This document shows positions 5,645 to 15,378 of a stretch of DNA of 25,235 bases, piece by piece. A model generated the notes under the pieces. That model saw nothing but the letters and a program-made list of their open reading frames with translations. It ran no database searches and had not been told where the DNA came from. Every line of letters begins with the position of its first letter. Position 1 is the stretch's first letter. The position numbers and the translations under genes were made by a program. This stretch comes from a virus (taxonomy: Duplodnaviria > Caudoviricetes): positions 1 through 25,235 of IMG/VR virus record IMGVR_UViG_3300031773_000035; one strand, written 5' to 3'.

Positions 5645-8600
5645 ATGTCTATGGCGGAAGAAGAACTGCTAGTAGAGCCTGAAGAAGAACAAGTTCAACC
5701 TTCGATACTCGACCCCATAAAACAAAAAGGTGTTTTAGAAGGTGGGGCAGAACTTCTGGGAAACATGCTACCCGGCTCCTTTGTAGCCAACCAAGCTCAA
5801 CAACGAGGACAAGATGGCTATTCAGTAAAAGACGTTTTTAGTTCCTTATTGGATGTAGGTACATCAAGTGCCTACTTCACTCCCATAATAGGAGATGCTC
5901 TAGGGACTAGAGATGCCCTCAACATTTGGGATGATCCAGATGCTGACACATTTACCAAAGCAATGGGAGTTATGGGTGTCATTGGTCTTGTGCCTTTGGC
6001 AGCTTCAGCAGGTGCAGCAGTAAAAACCAATCGTGCTTTACAAAGCGCTAGGGCAGCATCATCGTTACCTGTTTCAAGCCGTCACCTCTTTGGCGACACT
6101 CTTTCTCACTTGTCAGGTGTAATAGATGAGCCTGTCAAGGCTCAATCCCTGCTTGCGACTCTAGGAGATAGTCGAGGTAGAAAAGTATTACAGGTTTTAC
6201 AATCAAAAGATTTTGAAGCTCAACCTATGGATAGAGCCAGAACTTTCGATCATATACGAACAGGGCTACAAGGTGAGAAAAGGTTAAACAACGGAGACCA
6301 AGCAATCGGCTTTCTTGACACATTAGGGTCAAATTTGATTGAAAGGATTCCCAGCTACAGACAGAGTGTCAATTCTTTGGAATTAACACCAGATCAAGTC
6401 AGAGTGTCAGCAGTAGCTTACGAAACGGCGAAAATGGATTACCTAGTTAAAACAAATAAACTCTCTGTTGGGGAAACCCAACAAAATGTGATCCCTATGT
6501 GGGAAAAGTTTATTAAAGGGGATGAGCTTCTTGCAGGAGAAGAGGTAATTTTCTTACATGATGCAATAGTTGAGATGGCTCACCTAACAGAAGGAACAGT
6601 TCACCCTCATTTTGCTTTTGATGATATTCGTTTTGGTCTAGATCAAATACTTTTAGATGGTCCTAATTCTAAAGTATTTATACAAGTGTTGGATCACGAT
6701 GGTGTTTCTTTAACACAGTTGACAGAAGAAGCCACTTTCAAACGTATAGTTAATGCTTCTGAGGTGAATGAATCTTCCATGTTGACTCATTTTTCTCAGA
6801 ATATAGTTGAGTTTTTCGATCAAGAAGTTAGAGGTTCGCTAGGGGAAGGTTCCTTAGTGGTGACAAGCTCTGGCGTACCGGGTCTTATTGACCACACTTT
6901 ATCTGCATCAGCAGGTTTCACTGTCTCTGGTCAGAATAAGACAGTTGACAACCTCGTTGAAAGGGCGCTTGAGATAGCTGGTGCGTCATTAGGTGAAGTG
7001 GCTACTGGTTCAGGCACAAAAACAATAACTGGTCCCATGTTGCGAGGTTTAATAAATCAAGTATTCAATCAGAAATTGGATCAGAACCTATCTCCCTCTT
7101 GGGCTATCACAGGCACAGGTAATCTAAGACAGGCTAAAGAGGGTGGAATTTTTTATCATTCTGCTAAGGGTGGCAAAATTGAAGTAGAGCGTGAATATCT
7201 ACACATGGGGACTTTAGAGTCTGCCATGATGAGAGCGCAAGTCCATCCAAATAAGTCTATCCCTGTACAGGAATATGAAGTTCGCCCTCAAAAACCTTAT
7301 TTTCCAGATGGCAAGATACTGGATGAAAGAATAGGAAAAGACAGAACAGAACTTTGGGTAATGGACACTGTTGGTAAAAAAGCGAAAGATAGTTTACGAG
7401 CGCAGGGTTATGATTCTGTTCCTTATATCAATGCTGTAGAAGGTGAGGGTCAAATTTCTTATATGATTTTAGATCCAAGAATCTTAAAACCTTTAAGAAG
7501 AAGAACTGTTCAAGTCAAAGGCGACCATGATTTTGGTGCAGGGAAAGGAAAGGACATCATTTCTGCTCCTAGAGATGGTGCTGGACAGGTAATATACCAT
7601 GTTGAAGTTATTGAAGAATTTTCAAATACTTGGGTTAAAGGTCAAGGACCAGCAAGAATTTACAATGACAACTTATTGAATATGCTTCAAAACCCTGCTC
7701 CAAATAAACTAGGTTTCAGGGCTCATCCTCCTAGAACTTCAGCGCCTAAACAAGTCCTACATGAACTTTTGAACGCTCCATCGACTAGAAAGGGATCGGG
7801 AACTCTAGTAGTTGCTGCCAGAGCAGATGGTGGTGTGGAAATAGTATCTCCCTTAACAGGTAAAAAAAGCAAGGGAAGGAATCGTGGAACCTACTCTTCA
7901 GTAGGTGGCAATTCACAAGGTCAACATGTGAGATTAAAGGTTCCAATGAGGGTAGCTGACACCGAATCTACCGCCATAAGAATTGCTGAATCAACAACTG
8001 TAGATGCCAGGGAAGCCTCAACAGGTTTCAGAAAAATGACTACCAACCATAGATCTTGGGCTTTTGAAGATGGCAGACATATCGTAATTTCAACTACTCA
8101 ATCCTCCGATGCCGTTCAACAACACCAGCAGATTTCATTACTGTTGGAAGAAGCTGGCATTCCACACAAACTCACCCTTGAGGAACCTCACATAGGGCAA
8201 TCAAAAGTTTGGAGAGACAGGATAACAGGAGAAGAGTATTGGTCTGTTGAAGAGTTTGAGGCTCAGGGTGTCAATCGTGGCAATTTAACTCTAGAGCTTC
8301 ACGAGGAGCCTAGAGTCCAAATTGCTTTAACTTTTGAAGATCCAGACAGTCTTTCTAGAGCGTGGCATATCCTACATGAACCAACCCCTCATAATGGAGA
8401 TCTCTCCGTTCAAGGTATAAACACTGTTTCCAGTGAATATGTCCGTCATTATGCCAGAGAGTATGGTCTTAAAATTATACCTCGTGGAATTAAACGAGAA
8501 ATAGAGTTCATAGATGCAGGAGGAGGGACTTCCCTCACTGAATTACAGGGTCGAAAGATAGATCCAAAATTTGCAGTCTCTGATCGTAAAACAATGGTCA

Positions 8601-9970
8601 AAATAGCTAAAGAATATGCCACTAAACGGACGACTAAAAAACTTGAAGCAGAAACAGCATCACAGTATGGCAATTTCATTATTGAAACTGATGCTCAGTT
8701 TCAATGGATAACTGAACAAGCAGGAGTCCGAATGGAAGTTGTTGACACAAATCCGTATGCCTCTCCGATGGAAATGGCTGCAGATATTCGTGACAATAAA
8801 AGACTTAAGATTCTGTCAACAGAATCCACTGGTGGACATCCTCTTTTAACAAATGCACAGAATGACAAGTTTAGATTTGTCCATGATTATTTTGGTCACT
8901 CAGCTTTAGGCAACTCTTTCACTAGACACGGAGAGTATGTTGCCTACCTTAAGCACGGTCAGATGTATTCTGAGGGAGCTAGAGGAGCCATGCACTCAGA
9001 AACTGTTGGTCAAAACGCTTGGCTGGTTTTCTCACCAGAGAATGAAGCTAAAGCATGGAAAGCCCTCCGTCACGGTCAAAGTTATACAGGTGACTTCATA
9101 GACCAAAGAGCGATTATTTTAGACAAGAAATACTGGAGTAATAAGGTACTGGCTCAAGAGGCTGGTTATATGACAGGCTCCGACAAGGGTAGGCGTATAG
9201 ATGGCATTTACAATGAAGAGATTTTAGATATTTCTGCTTACACCTATGGTGCAGATGAAGCTCCTGTAGGAACTAAAGCAGTTTTTGAACATCATTTTGA
9301 AGATGAGGCAGCATCAAAGCTGATCCACATGTCGAAAGATGGGGATGTGAATAGTCCTAATACAGAAGTTGCTTATGTCGCTGAAGATGGCATGTACCAG
9401 TATTTTGGTGATTCTGAAACAAAAGTCCATCAAGCAGGGAAAGGTTCTACAGGCTTCTCGAAACAAAATGGCGAGGTTTGGTGGCAAGGGGTTGCCAAAG
9501 TCTTAAACCATGAAGGTGGAGATTTTTTAGATGGCGCTCACAAAGATCTTTTTGATGTGAGGTACAAGCCTGCCCCAGATGCCCCAGCCGAATTTCGCTC
9601 CATAGCACCTACACGAATATATTTATACATCCCACCTGAAGGTCAAGGTGTACCATTACTTGCTTTTACAGGAACAGGGGCAGATGTGACAGGAGGGCAA
9701 GAAGCTGTTACACGCTTACGAGCCATTGCAAAGCAAGACCAAAGCCCGGAAAGGATCATTACAATAACCAGAAAAGGTGCCGAAATGCCTTTTGAATGGG
9801 TTGAGGATCCATCTCTTCCACCACGAGAAAGTGGGGTATATGAAATTGATAAAGATGGAGTCAGATTGCCTCCTTCATCACCCGGAGTGGATCCTTTCAT
9901 AGTAGATGATTACAACCACTTCATGGGAAGAACGAATACAAGAAAACGAACACTTACGGAACAAACATGA
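5645..9970 (+). CDS. Large polyvalent probable internal-virion/ejection protein (1441 aa) with a pre-toxin-TG-like N-terminus, an ART-like domain and an HDxxGH domain
   Basis: N-terminal PIIGDALG...GVIGLVP hydrophobic hairpin. FYHS...HMGT...GYDSVPYINAVEG...SYMILDP at 7148-7489 matches the pattern of ADP-ribosyltransferase domains in polyvalent proteins. NDKFRFVHDYFGH...GE...H...SETVGQN at about 8660-9030. Confidence 0.65.
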   Translation: MSMAEEELLVEPEEEQVQPSILDPIKQKGVLEGGAELLGNMLPGSFVANQAQQRGQDGYSVKDVFSSLLDVGTSSAYFTPIIGDALGTRDALNIWDDPDADTFTKAMGVMGVIGLVPLAASAGAAVKTNRALQSARAASSLPVSSRHLFGDTLSHLSGVIDEPVKAQSLLATLGDSRGRKVLQVLQSKDFEAQPMDRARTFDHIRTGLQGEKRLNNGDQAIGFLDTLGSNLIERIPSYRQSVNSLELTPDQVRVSAVAYETAKMDYLVKTNKLSVGETQQNVIPMWEKFIKGDELLAGEEVIFLHDAIVEMAHLTEGTVHPHFAFDDIRFGLDQILLDGPNSKVFIQVLDHDGVSLTQLTEEATFKRIVNASEVNESSMLTHFSQNIVEFFDQEVRGSLGEGSLVVTSSGVPGLIDHTLSASAGFTVSGQNKTVDNLVERALEIAGASLGEVATGSGTKTITGPMLRGLINQVFNQKLDQNLSPSWAITGTGNLRQAKEGGIFYHSAKGGKIEVEREYLHMGTLESAMMRAQVHPNKSIPVQEYEVRPQKPYFPDGKILDERIGKDRTELWVMDTVGKKAKDSLRAQGYDSVPYINAVEGEGQISYMILDPRILKPLRRRTVQVKGDHDFGAGKGKDIISAPRDGAGQVIYHVEVIEEFSNTWVKGQGPARIYNDNLLNMLQNPAPNKLGFRAHPPRTSAPKQVLHELLNAPSTRKGSGTLVVAARADGGVEIVSPLTGKKSKGRNRGTYSSVGGNSQGQHVRLKVPMRVADTESTAIRIAESTTVDAREASTGFRKMTTNHRSWAFEDGRHIVISTTQSSDAVQQHQQISLLLEEAGIPHKLTLEEPHIGQSKVWRDRITGEEYWSVEEFEAQGVNRGNLTLELHEEPRVQIALTFEDPDSLSRAWHILHEPTPHNGDLSVQGINTVSSEYVRHYAREYGLKIIPRGIKREIEFIDAGGGTSLTELQGRKIDPKFAVSDRKTMVKIAKEYATKRTTKKLEAETASQYGNFIIETDAQFQWITEQAGVRMEVVDTNPYASPMEMAADIRDNKRLKILSTESTGGHPLLTNAQNDKFRFVHDYFGHSALGNSFTRHGEYVAYLKHGQMYSEGARGAMHSETVGQNAWLVFSPENEAKAWKALRHGQSYTGDFIDQRAIILDKKYWSNKVLAQEAGYMTGSDKGRRIDGIYNEEILDISAYTYGADEAPVGTKAVFEHHFEDEAASKLIHMSKDGDVNSPNTEVAYVAEDGMYQYFGDSETKVHQAGKGSTGFSKQNGEVWWQGVAKVLNHEGGDFLDGAHKDLFDVRYKPAPDAPAEFRSIAPTRIYLYIPPEGQGVPLLAFTGTGADVTGGQEAVTRLRAIAKQDQSPERIITITRKGAEMPFEWVEDPSLPPRESGVYEIDKDGVRLPPSSPGVDPFIVDDYNHFMGRTNTRKRTLTEQT

Positions 9971-12900
9971 CCGAGATGCGAGATATTGACCTGAATTTAA
10001 GAGCTATCAGAAACTTTGAGGCAACTGGTTCCATGCCTGGTTTACCTGACATGGTGAAGCTGGACTTGGCTGCCAATTCTGGTATGACACCTAATGCGAC
10101 TGTTGAGTTTTTAGGTGGACTGTCTCAGGATCTTACCCTACCTTTAAGTACCACTAATATGTCTTATGAGGTAGCCCAAGCACCAATACCTACTCCTACA
10201 CCTCCACCAAAAATAAACAAAGACAATGGTTACAGTGCTGAACAGAAAATAAGAATGTTCACCAGAGCTACCGCCAATTTGAAAGCTCCGACTGACCTTA
10301 CAGGCTCTCAAGCTGTTATTGACTGGAAGAAGCGAGCCATCAGAATGGGGTATCTCAACCAGAATGATGTGGAGATGGACAACAGGTGGGACCCTGCTTA
10401 CAACCGTGTTGCATGGCAGATGTCTCAAGATGATTTCAATAGACGCATGAAAGGCAATAGTGCTGCACCGGGCGCTTCAATGGGACAACTTTTCCAAACC
10501 TTTGACGATTGGCTGTCACCTACAGGTTTAATGTCCGCTGCCGTAGGTATGGGTTTCTGGTGGGACGCTGAACAGATAGACAAAGAATGGGAAAAGTGGA
10601 AACGAGGCGATGCCCTTAAGGGCATTAAGGATGCTTGGGTAAAAAAAGATGGTGAAAGCTGGGGCTCCTATTTCAACCCCATTAAGTTCACCAAAGACAT
10701 GTGGAGAGTGTTGGGTCCAGTTGATGATCTTTTAATGCCTGTCATTAACACAGCTTTGCTGTTTACAGGTGTTGGAGAAGTGGTGGCTTTCTCAAGAGCT
10801 ACGATGTTAGCGACTAAAGGTGTTAATGGTTTCAATTTAGCTCATGGGGCTGTAAAGGCAAACCGTGTAAGAAACTATATTGCTGGTACTCGTGCAGGTC
10901 GTGTGGCAGGAATGTCAGGTGACATCGCTACTGATATAAATAAAATGTCGCAAGGTGGACTAATAGCTGGAAGGATATTCCCCGGTGTAGATCGTGCAGC
11001 GGAATTGGCTGCACAAGGCAAGAACATTGGCTCTGGTCGCAAGATTATCGGTGAATCTATGACAGGTTGGAGAAACCTTCGTGGGGTAATGCTCGCCAAG
11101 AAGTCTGTTCAAAAAGGTATGCAACTAGGTTTTGTCAATAGGGTGGAACAGGCTTTCGGCTACAACCCTGAGTTGTTGCCGGGTCAGGAAACTGTAAAGA
11201 ATTTCACAGAGGAGATGAGGCGCAACCCACTCGTCTGGGGAATGGGTGAAGCATTATTTACCCCTACAGCTATCCTTCAGCCGGGGCAGATCAAAAAACC
11301 TTTCGGGTGGGTCAATAAGTTTGAAAAGGTAGGCAAGAACTCCTTCTATTCTGATGAGTTTAGAAAAGCACACGAGTTCCAGATAAGCCAAGGCTTAGGT
11401 CAAGAGGCTCTTGAGGCAGGTATGTCTAAAGGACAAATAAAGCAAATGAGGGCAAGCAGATTAAAGGAATGGAATAAAGAAGTTAAAGAGCATGGTGTCT
11501 CTAAGGCTTTAGCCAATGAATATGCTGATGGCGATTTGCAGAAGATGGGCGCTTTCACGACTTGGATAGCGACCATTTCAGCGATTGACGACCAAGCAGC
11601 GGCATTAAGTAAAGTTACTAAAACAGGTGAGCTTTTTTCAGAAGGTGCTTCAAGGTTCGATCACAGTTTTCATATAGCTCGTAATAATGTAATCAATCAA
11701 CTTAGATATATAGATGAAGATGACATTGAGGGCATCATTCATGTCATGGCTTGGTCGAGAGCGAAGAACGCTAAACAGGCTGCCAAGCTAGTAGAAGAAA
11801 TAACTGAAAGTCTTGTTGGCAACACTAGACGGCAAGAAGCTCTTAGAAGGCTTATGAGTGTTCATAATGGTAAAAGAGAAGGTGCTTTTCAAGACCTTTT
11901 AGCACGTTACCTGACCGAGCCGGGTAAGCTGTCCGAGTCAATAGCTATCCATTTGGAATCTATGGGTAGGTGGGATGACTTCGTTGACAATATGGATGAG
12001 ATAGGGTCAATCTATCTAGCTGGTGGTTTAGATGAAGCAACAGCTAGAATACCTGTCAATCCAGAAACAGGGATGCCTCTAAAGGGTCAGACGGCTAGTT
12101 TGAAAGGACCGAAATCAAGTCCTCATCAGATTTATGGCAGACCAGACCCTGAAACAGTTTTCACCACCAGTATCAGTGATGTTTTAGACGATCAAGAATT
12201 TCTTGATTTTGCTCAGAAGGGTTATTTCGATGTTTTCAATAAGCCTTTCAATCCCAACGGCAGGTTTACAGTTGCAAGAACCGCTACGCCTACAGCACAA
12301 ACCAAGCGTGTCGAGATAGCGGTCATAAAACGACTAAACCTCATAAGGAATACCATGCGTAGGATGAGCGGAAGCTACGCCTTACCAGAAGAAAGAAGGT
12401 TTCTTTCTAAGCTGGAAGTAAAATTAAGTGGGAAAAAGTTCCCCTCTAGGATGGACGTTTTAGAGAATGTGAATCTCAAGCAACTCGAAGCCGCCTTAAC
12501 AGATCTAGGTGCTACAGCGAATCAGGCTAGAAGGTATCGCAGATTATTCAATTATGCTAAAAAGAATGACATCTTTGGGTTTGATGAAATAGCCAAACAT
12601 GCTAAAACAAGACTCACAGAGATCAACAAGTCATCACATTGGTCTAATGTTCATGGGATTCATTCCTCTTTACCTTTAGATATGAAGGTTAAAGGCTTAG
12701 TGAGACAAGTTGCCTACACAGCTACCGAAGTTGACGTAGACACTATCCCTCCTGCTTTAGCAGCCAAATTAGAACAAGCTGGCTATAAACTTGTTCATGG
12801 CGTAGAGTTCGCAGCCCCTAGCGATCTACTGAAACTTTCAGTGGAGTTTGAGGACATTGTTAATAAAGCAAAGTATACCAACTCACTAGGAACCGTTGGA

Positions 12901-15378
12901 CTTGCCGGTGTTGCTCGCAAACTAGAAGCAGGTGCAATTAAATCTGCTCGTGGTTTATACAGGTCAACTAACAGATGGCAACCTGATGCAGCTACCGCCA
13001 TGTACAGAACTACCTATAAGAACGCTTTACAGAGAGCTTTGTATGACGTAACTGATAGTGGTAAAAATTACCAGAAAAGTGCTGATGGTATAGCGAGTGC
13101 AGATTTGAACAAATTGATGGATCACCTGCAAGATGTTGTTCACGAAATTGGCAATGACATGATTCAACTTCAGCATGGAAAACGAAACATGTCAAAAATC
13201 TCTGTAAGAAGAATGAACATAAATGTTCAATCTTCTTTCACTCCAGCGGCACCTGCAGATTTGGTTAGGAGTCCCAGTATCTGGAGACAGACAACGGAAA
13301 AGCTGAGTGATTTGGGTTATACAGATAAAGAGATGGGCAGAATCTATAATGCCTTGAAAGAGTCTCGTGTTGTTGGTCCTCAGATACGAGGCAGGTTCAC
13401 TAACATGTTTGACAAGATTCAGTCAAATAACCAGTTGACAGGTGTCTTAAGGACGTTTGGCTCTGTCCCTGTTGAAGGCTGGCAACAGATGAGTGGTATA
13501 AAACGAACAGTTAAGGCGATACCTAGATTCCTTGGCAGGGGAATAGGCACTGGAGCAATTTCTGGTGCGGTTATATTGAGACATGATGAGATCAATAAAG
13601 ATGTAGACCGTTCGACATTTCAGAACTTTGCCGTAGCAGTAGGTTCTACTTTAGGTGGAAGGATGCTATCTGGAAAAATGATGAGATGGCTTCTTAGGAA
13701 AACTGGTGGAAATGCCGATGAAGTCGGCAGGTGGATTAAGCCTATGATTCAAAAGGTTGATGACTCAGCTAGATATAAACATTGGGCATATATAGCTGAT
13801 TCTGCTGCCACTGCAAGAGACTATTTCAGGTTCTCCTTGTCGCCTATCTTTGATGCTTCAAGGTATACAGAAGGAATGGTTTTAAGCCAGATAGGTGACC
13901 TACCTGAAGAGGTGATTGCTCGTGGTGGTTTAAGGTTCAACATCTCTCCCAGCAGATGGAAGAAAGACAAGTTGAAAGAACTCACTGGTAGTCGTAGAGG
14001 TAGCAGGACAAAACAAATAGAGGTTTTCCATAACCCTAACCTTAGATCGACAGAACCAGCGGAGTATTTGACCGCAGAACAAATGAAAGCTAGGAATTTA
14101 GATCCTGACAAGTGGGATTCAACCACCAAGAGAGCATCGGAAGTAGTTGACTCTCAGTGGGACACTGTAGTTAATGAATTTTCCGCTATTGGTAAACGCC
14201 GTCACGATTTCGATTACGAAGCTCTTGAGGCTGGTACTGCTCGCTTCCGTCAGATAGGTATTTTAGGTTTTAATACTCAAGAATGGATGGCTTCCATGTA
14301 TGCGGATTTAACTCGTTTACATGGTCTTGAACCTCAGAAGGCTTACGATATTGCTCGTAAGGCTTTCACTTATGGTGTGCAACCTCGTTCTGGGCTGGAA
14401 ATGAACATAAATGCCGTGTTCTTCCCCTTCTCTTTCACTAAGAAAATCTTCTCCCATGCAGCCAAGTTCTTATCTCAGGACTGGTCTAGGGCAGCGATGC
14501 TTCACGATGCTGTAAAAACCTACGAGATTCTCAACGAAGAATACGACCTGAATGATATGTGGGCAGATTACATGCCAATAATGACTAAACTCTACAGGTT
14601 GAATCCTTTTGCCTTTGGTGCAACTATGGGTGAGTTCGGTGGTGCTAACCGTCCGTTTATCAACTTTATAGGTGGCAGTGCAGCGAATTTAGACATTGAT
14701 CCTATTTTCAACGTGTTCCTACCTCAAGGGCATGACATTAGGGATGACAAAGACATGGTTGCCTTAGAGTCAACCTATAAGCGTTTAGCTCCTGTGTTTA
14801 ATGACATAACTCACATGTTACAACAAGTAAAAGAGCAGGGTCGTGTAATTTTAGGAGACACCCACATGACAACCACTGCTGAAGTTCAAGCAGGTTTTGA
14901 AGCAAGATCAGAACTTCGTGCCAGAGTGGACAGGATGATGAAAAGGGAAGGTTTCACAGATGGTATTAAAGATATTCGTAAGAAAGCAGCCGGTAGTTGG
15001 AACACTTATCTAAAGGAAGAAGAAGCTCAAATCAGGGAAGATTTCCCTGCTTATGCTGAGGCTTATGCAGATGTCATTTCTAATAGTGTTATGAAACAAC
15101 AGGAGATAGCAGGACTTAAAATGGTTCACGATGCGTTCGTAGCAGAAAATGAAGCTACAACTACGCCTGTAACTCGTGATGAGAAGGTTGGCTATCTATT
15201 GAAGTACGGCGACATGCTTGAGAAAAGGTATGGAGGGATCGAATATGTGCCTGTTGATGAGATTTATTACATGTTAAAACAAGCCACTTCTTGGGCGAAA
15301 GATGACAACTACATTAAATTAAAGTGGAGATCATTACTTAGATCCAAGTGGGGTCCAATAGAAACAGAGTTGGTATGA
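9967..15378 (+). CDS. Very large probable internal-virion/ejection protein (1803 aa)
   Basis: ATGA-coupled to the upstream gene. Looks mostly helical, with Gly/Ala-rich hydrophobic segments (INTALLFTGVGEVVAF; GIGTGAISGAVIL...FAVAVGSTLGG). Sits between portal and capsid genes. No catalytic motif recognised. Confidence 0.6.
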   Translation: MTEMRDIDLNLRAIRNFEATGSMPGLPDMVKLDLAANSGMTPNATVEFLGGLSQDLTLPLSTTNMSYEVAQAPIPTPTPPPKINKDNGYSAEQKIRMFTRATANLKAPTDLTGSQAVIDWKKRAIRMGYLNQNDVEMDNRWDPAYNRVAWQMSQDDFNRRMKGNSAAPGASMGQLFQTFDDWLSPTGLMSAAVGMGFWWDAEQIDKEWEKWKRGDALKGIKDAWVKKDGESWGSYFNPIKFTKDMWRVLGPVDDLLMPVINTALLFTGVGEVVAFSRATMLATKGVNGFNLAHGAVKANRVRNYIAGTRAGRVAGMSGDIATDINKMSQGGLIAGRIFPGVDRAAELAAQGKNIGSGRKIIGESMTGWRNLRGVMLAKKSVQKGMQLGFVNRVEQAFGYNPELLPGQETVKNFTEEMRRNPLVWGMGEALFTPTAILQPGQIKKPFGWVNKFEKVGKNSFYSDEFRKAHEFQISQGLGQEALEAGMSKGQIKQMRASRLKEWNKEVKEHGVSKALANEYADGDLQKMGAFTTWIATISAIDDQAAALSKVTKTGELFSEGASRFDHSFHIARNNVINQLRYIDEDDIEGIIHVMAWSRAKNAKQAAKLVEEITESLVGNTRRQEALRRLMSVHNGKREGAFQDLLARYLTEPGKLSESIAIHLESMGRWDDFVDNMDEIGSIYLAGGLDEATARIPVNPETGMPLKGQTASLKGPKSSPHQIYGRPDPETVFTTSISDVLDDQEFLDFAQKGYFDVFNKPFNPNGRFTVARTATPTAQTKRVEIAVIKRLNLIRNTMRRMSGSYALPEERRFLSKLEVKLSGKKFPSRMDVLENVNLKQLEAALTDLGATANQARRYRRLFNYAKKNDIFGFDEIAKHAKTRLTEINKSSHWSNVHGIHSSLPLDMKVKGLVRQVAYTATEVDVDTIPPALAAKLEQAGYKLVHGVEFAAPSDLLKLSVEFEDIVNKAKYTNSLGTVGLAGVARKLEAGAIKSARGLYRSTNRWQPDAATAMYRTTYKNALQRALYDVTDSGKNYQKSADGIASADLNKLMDHLQDVVHEIGNDMIQLQHGKRNMSKISVRRMNINVQSSFTPAAPADLVRSPSIWRQTTEKLSDLGYTDKEMGRIYNALKESRVVGPQIRGRFTNMFDKIQSNNQLTGVLRTFGSVPVEGWQQMSGIKRTVKAIPRFLGRGIGTGAISGAVILRHDEINKDVDRSTFQNFAVAVGSTLGGRMLSGKMMRWLLRKTGGNADEVGRWIKPMIQKVDDSARYKHWAYIADSAATARDYFRFSLSPIFDASRYTEGMVLSQIGDLPEEVIARGGLRFNISPSRWKKDKLKELTGSRRGSRTKQIEVFHNPNLRSTEPAEYLTAEQMKARNLDPDKWDSTTKRASEVVDSQWDTVVNEFSAIGKRRHDFDYEALEAGTARFRQIGILGFNTQEWMASMYADLTRLHGLEPQKAYDIARKAFTYGVQPRSGLEMNINAVFFPFSFTKKIFSHAAKFLSQDWSRAAMLHDAVKTYEILNEEYDLNDMWADYMPIMTKLYRLNPFAFGATMGEFGGANRPFINFIGGSAANLDIDPIFNVFLPQGHDIRDDKDMVALESTYKRLAPVFNDITHMLQQVKEQGRVILGDTHMTTTAEVQAGFEARSELRARVDRMMKREGFTDGIKDIRKKAAGSWNTYLKEEEAQIREDFPAYAEAYADVISNSVMKQQEIAGLKMVHDAFVAENEATTTPVTRDEKVGYLLKYGDMLEKRYGGIEYVPVDEIYYMLKQATSWAKDDNYIKLKWRSLLRSKWGPIETELV

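Noticed and set aside
9967-15378. Virion RNA polymerase or tape-measure protein
   Set aside because: No recognisable polymerase catalytic motif, no tape-measure periodicity and no adjacent tail chaperone or tube genes.
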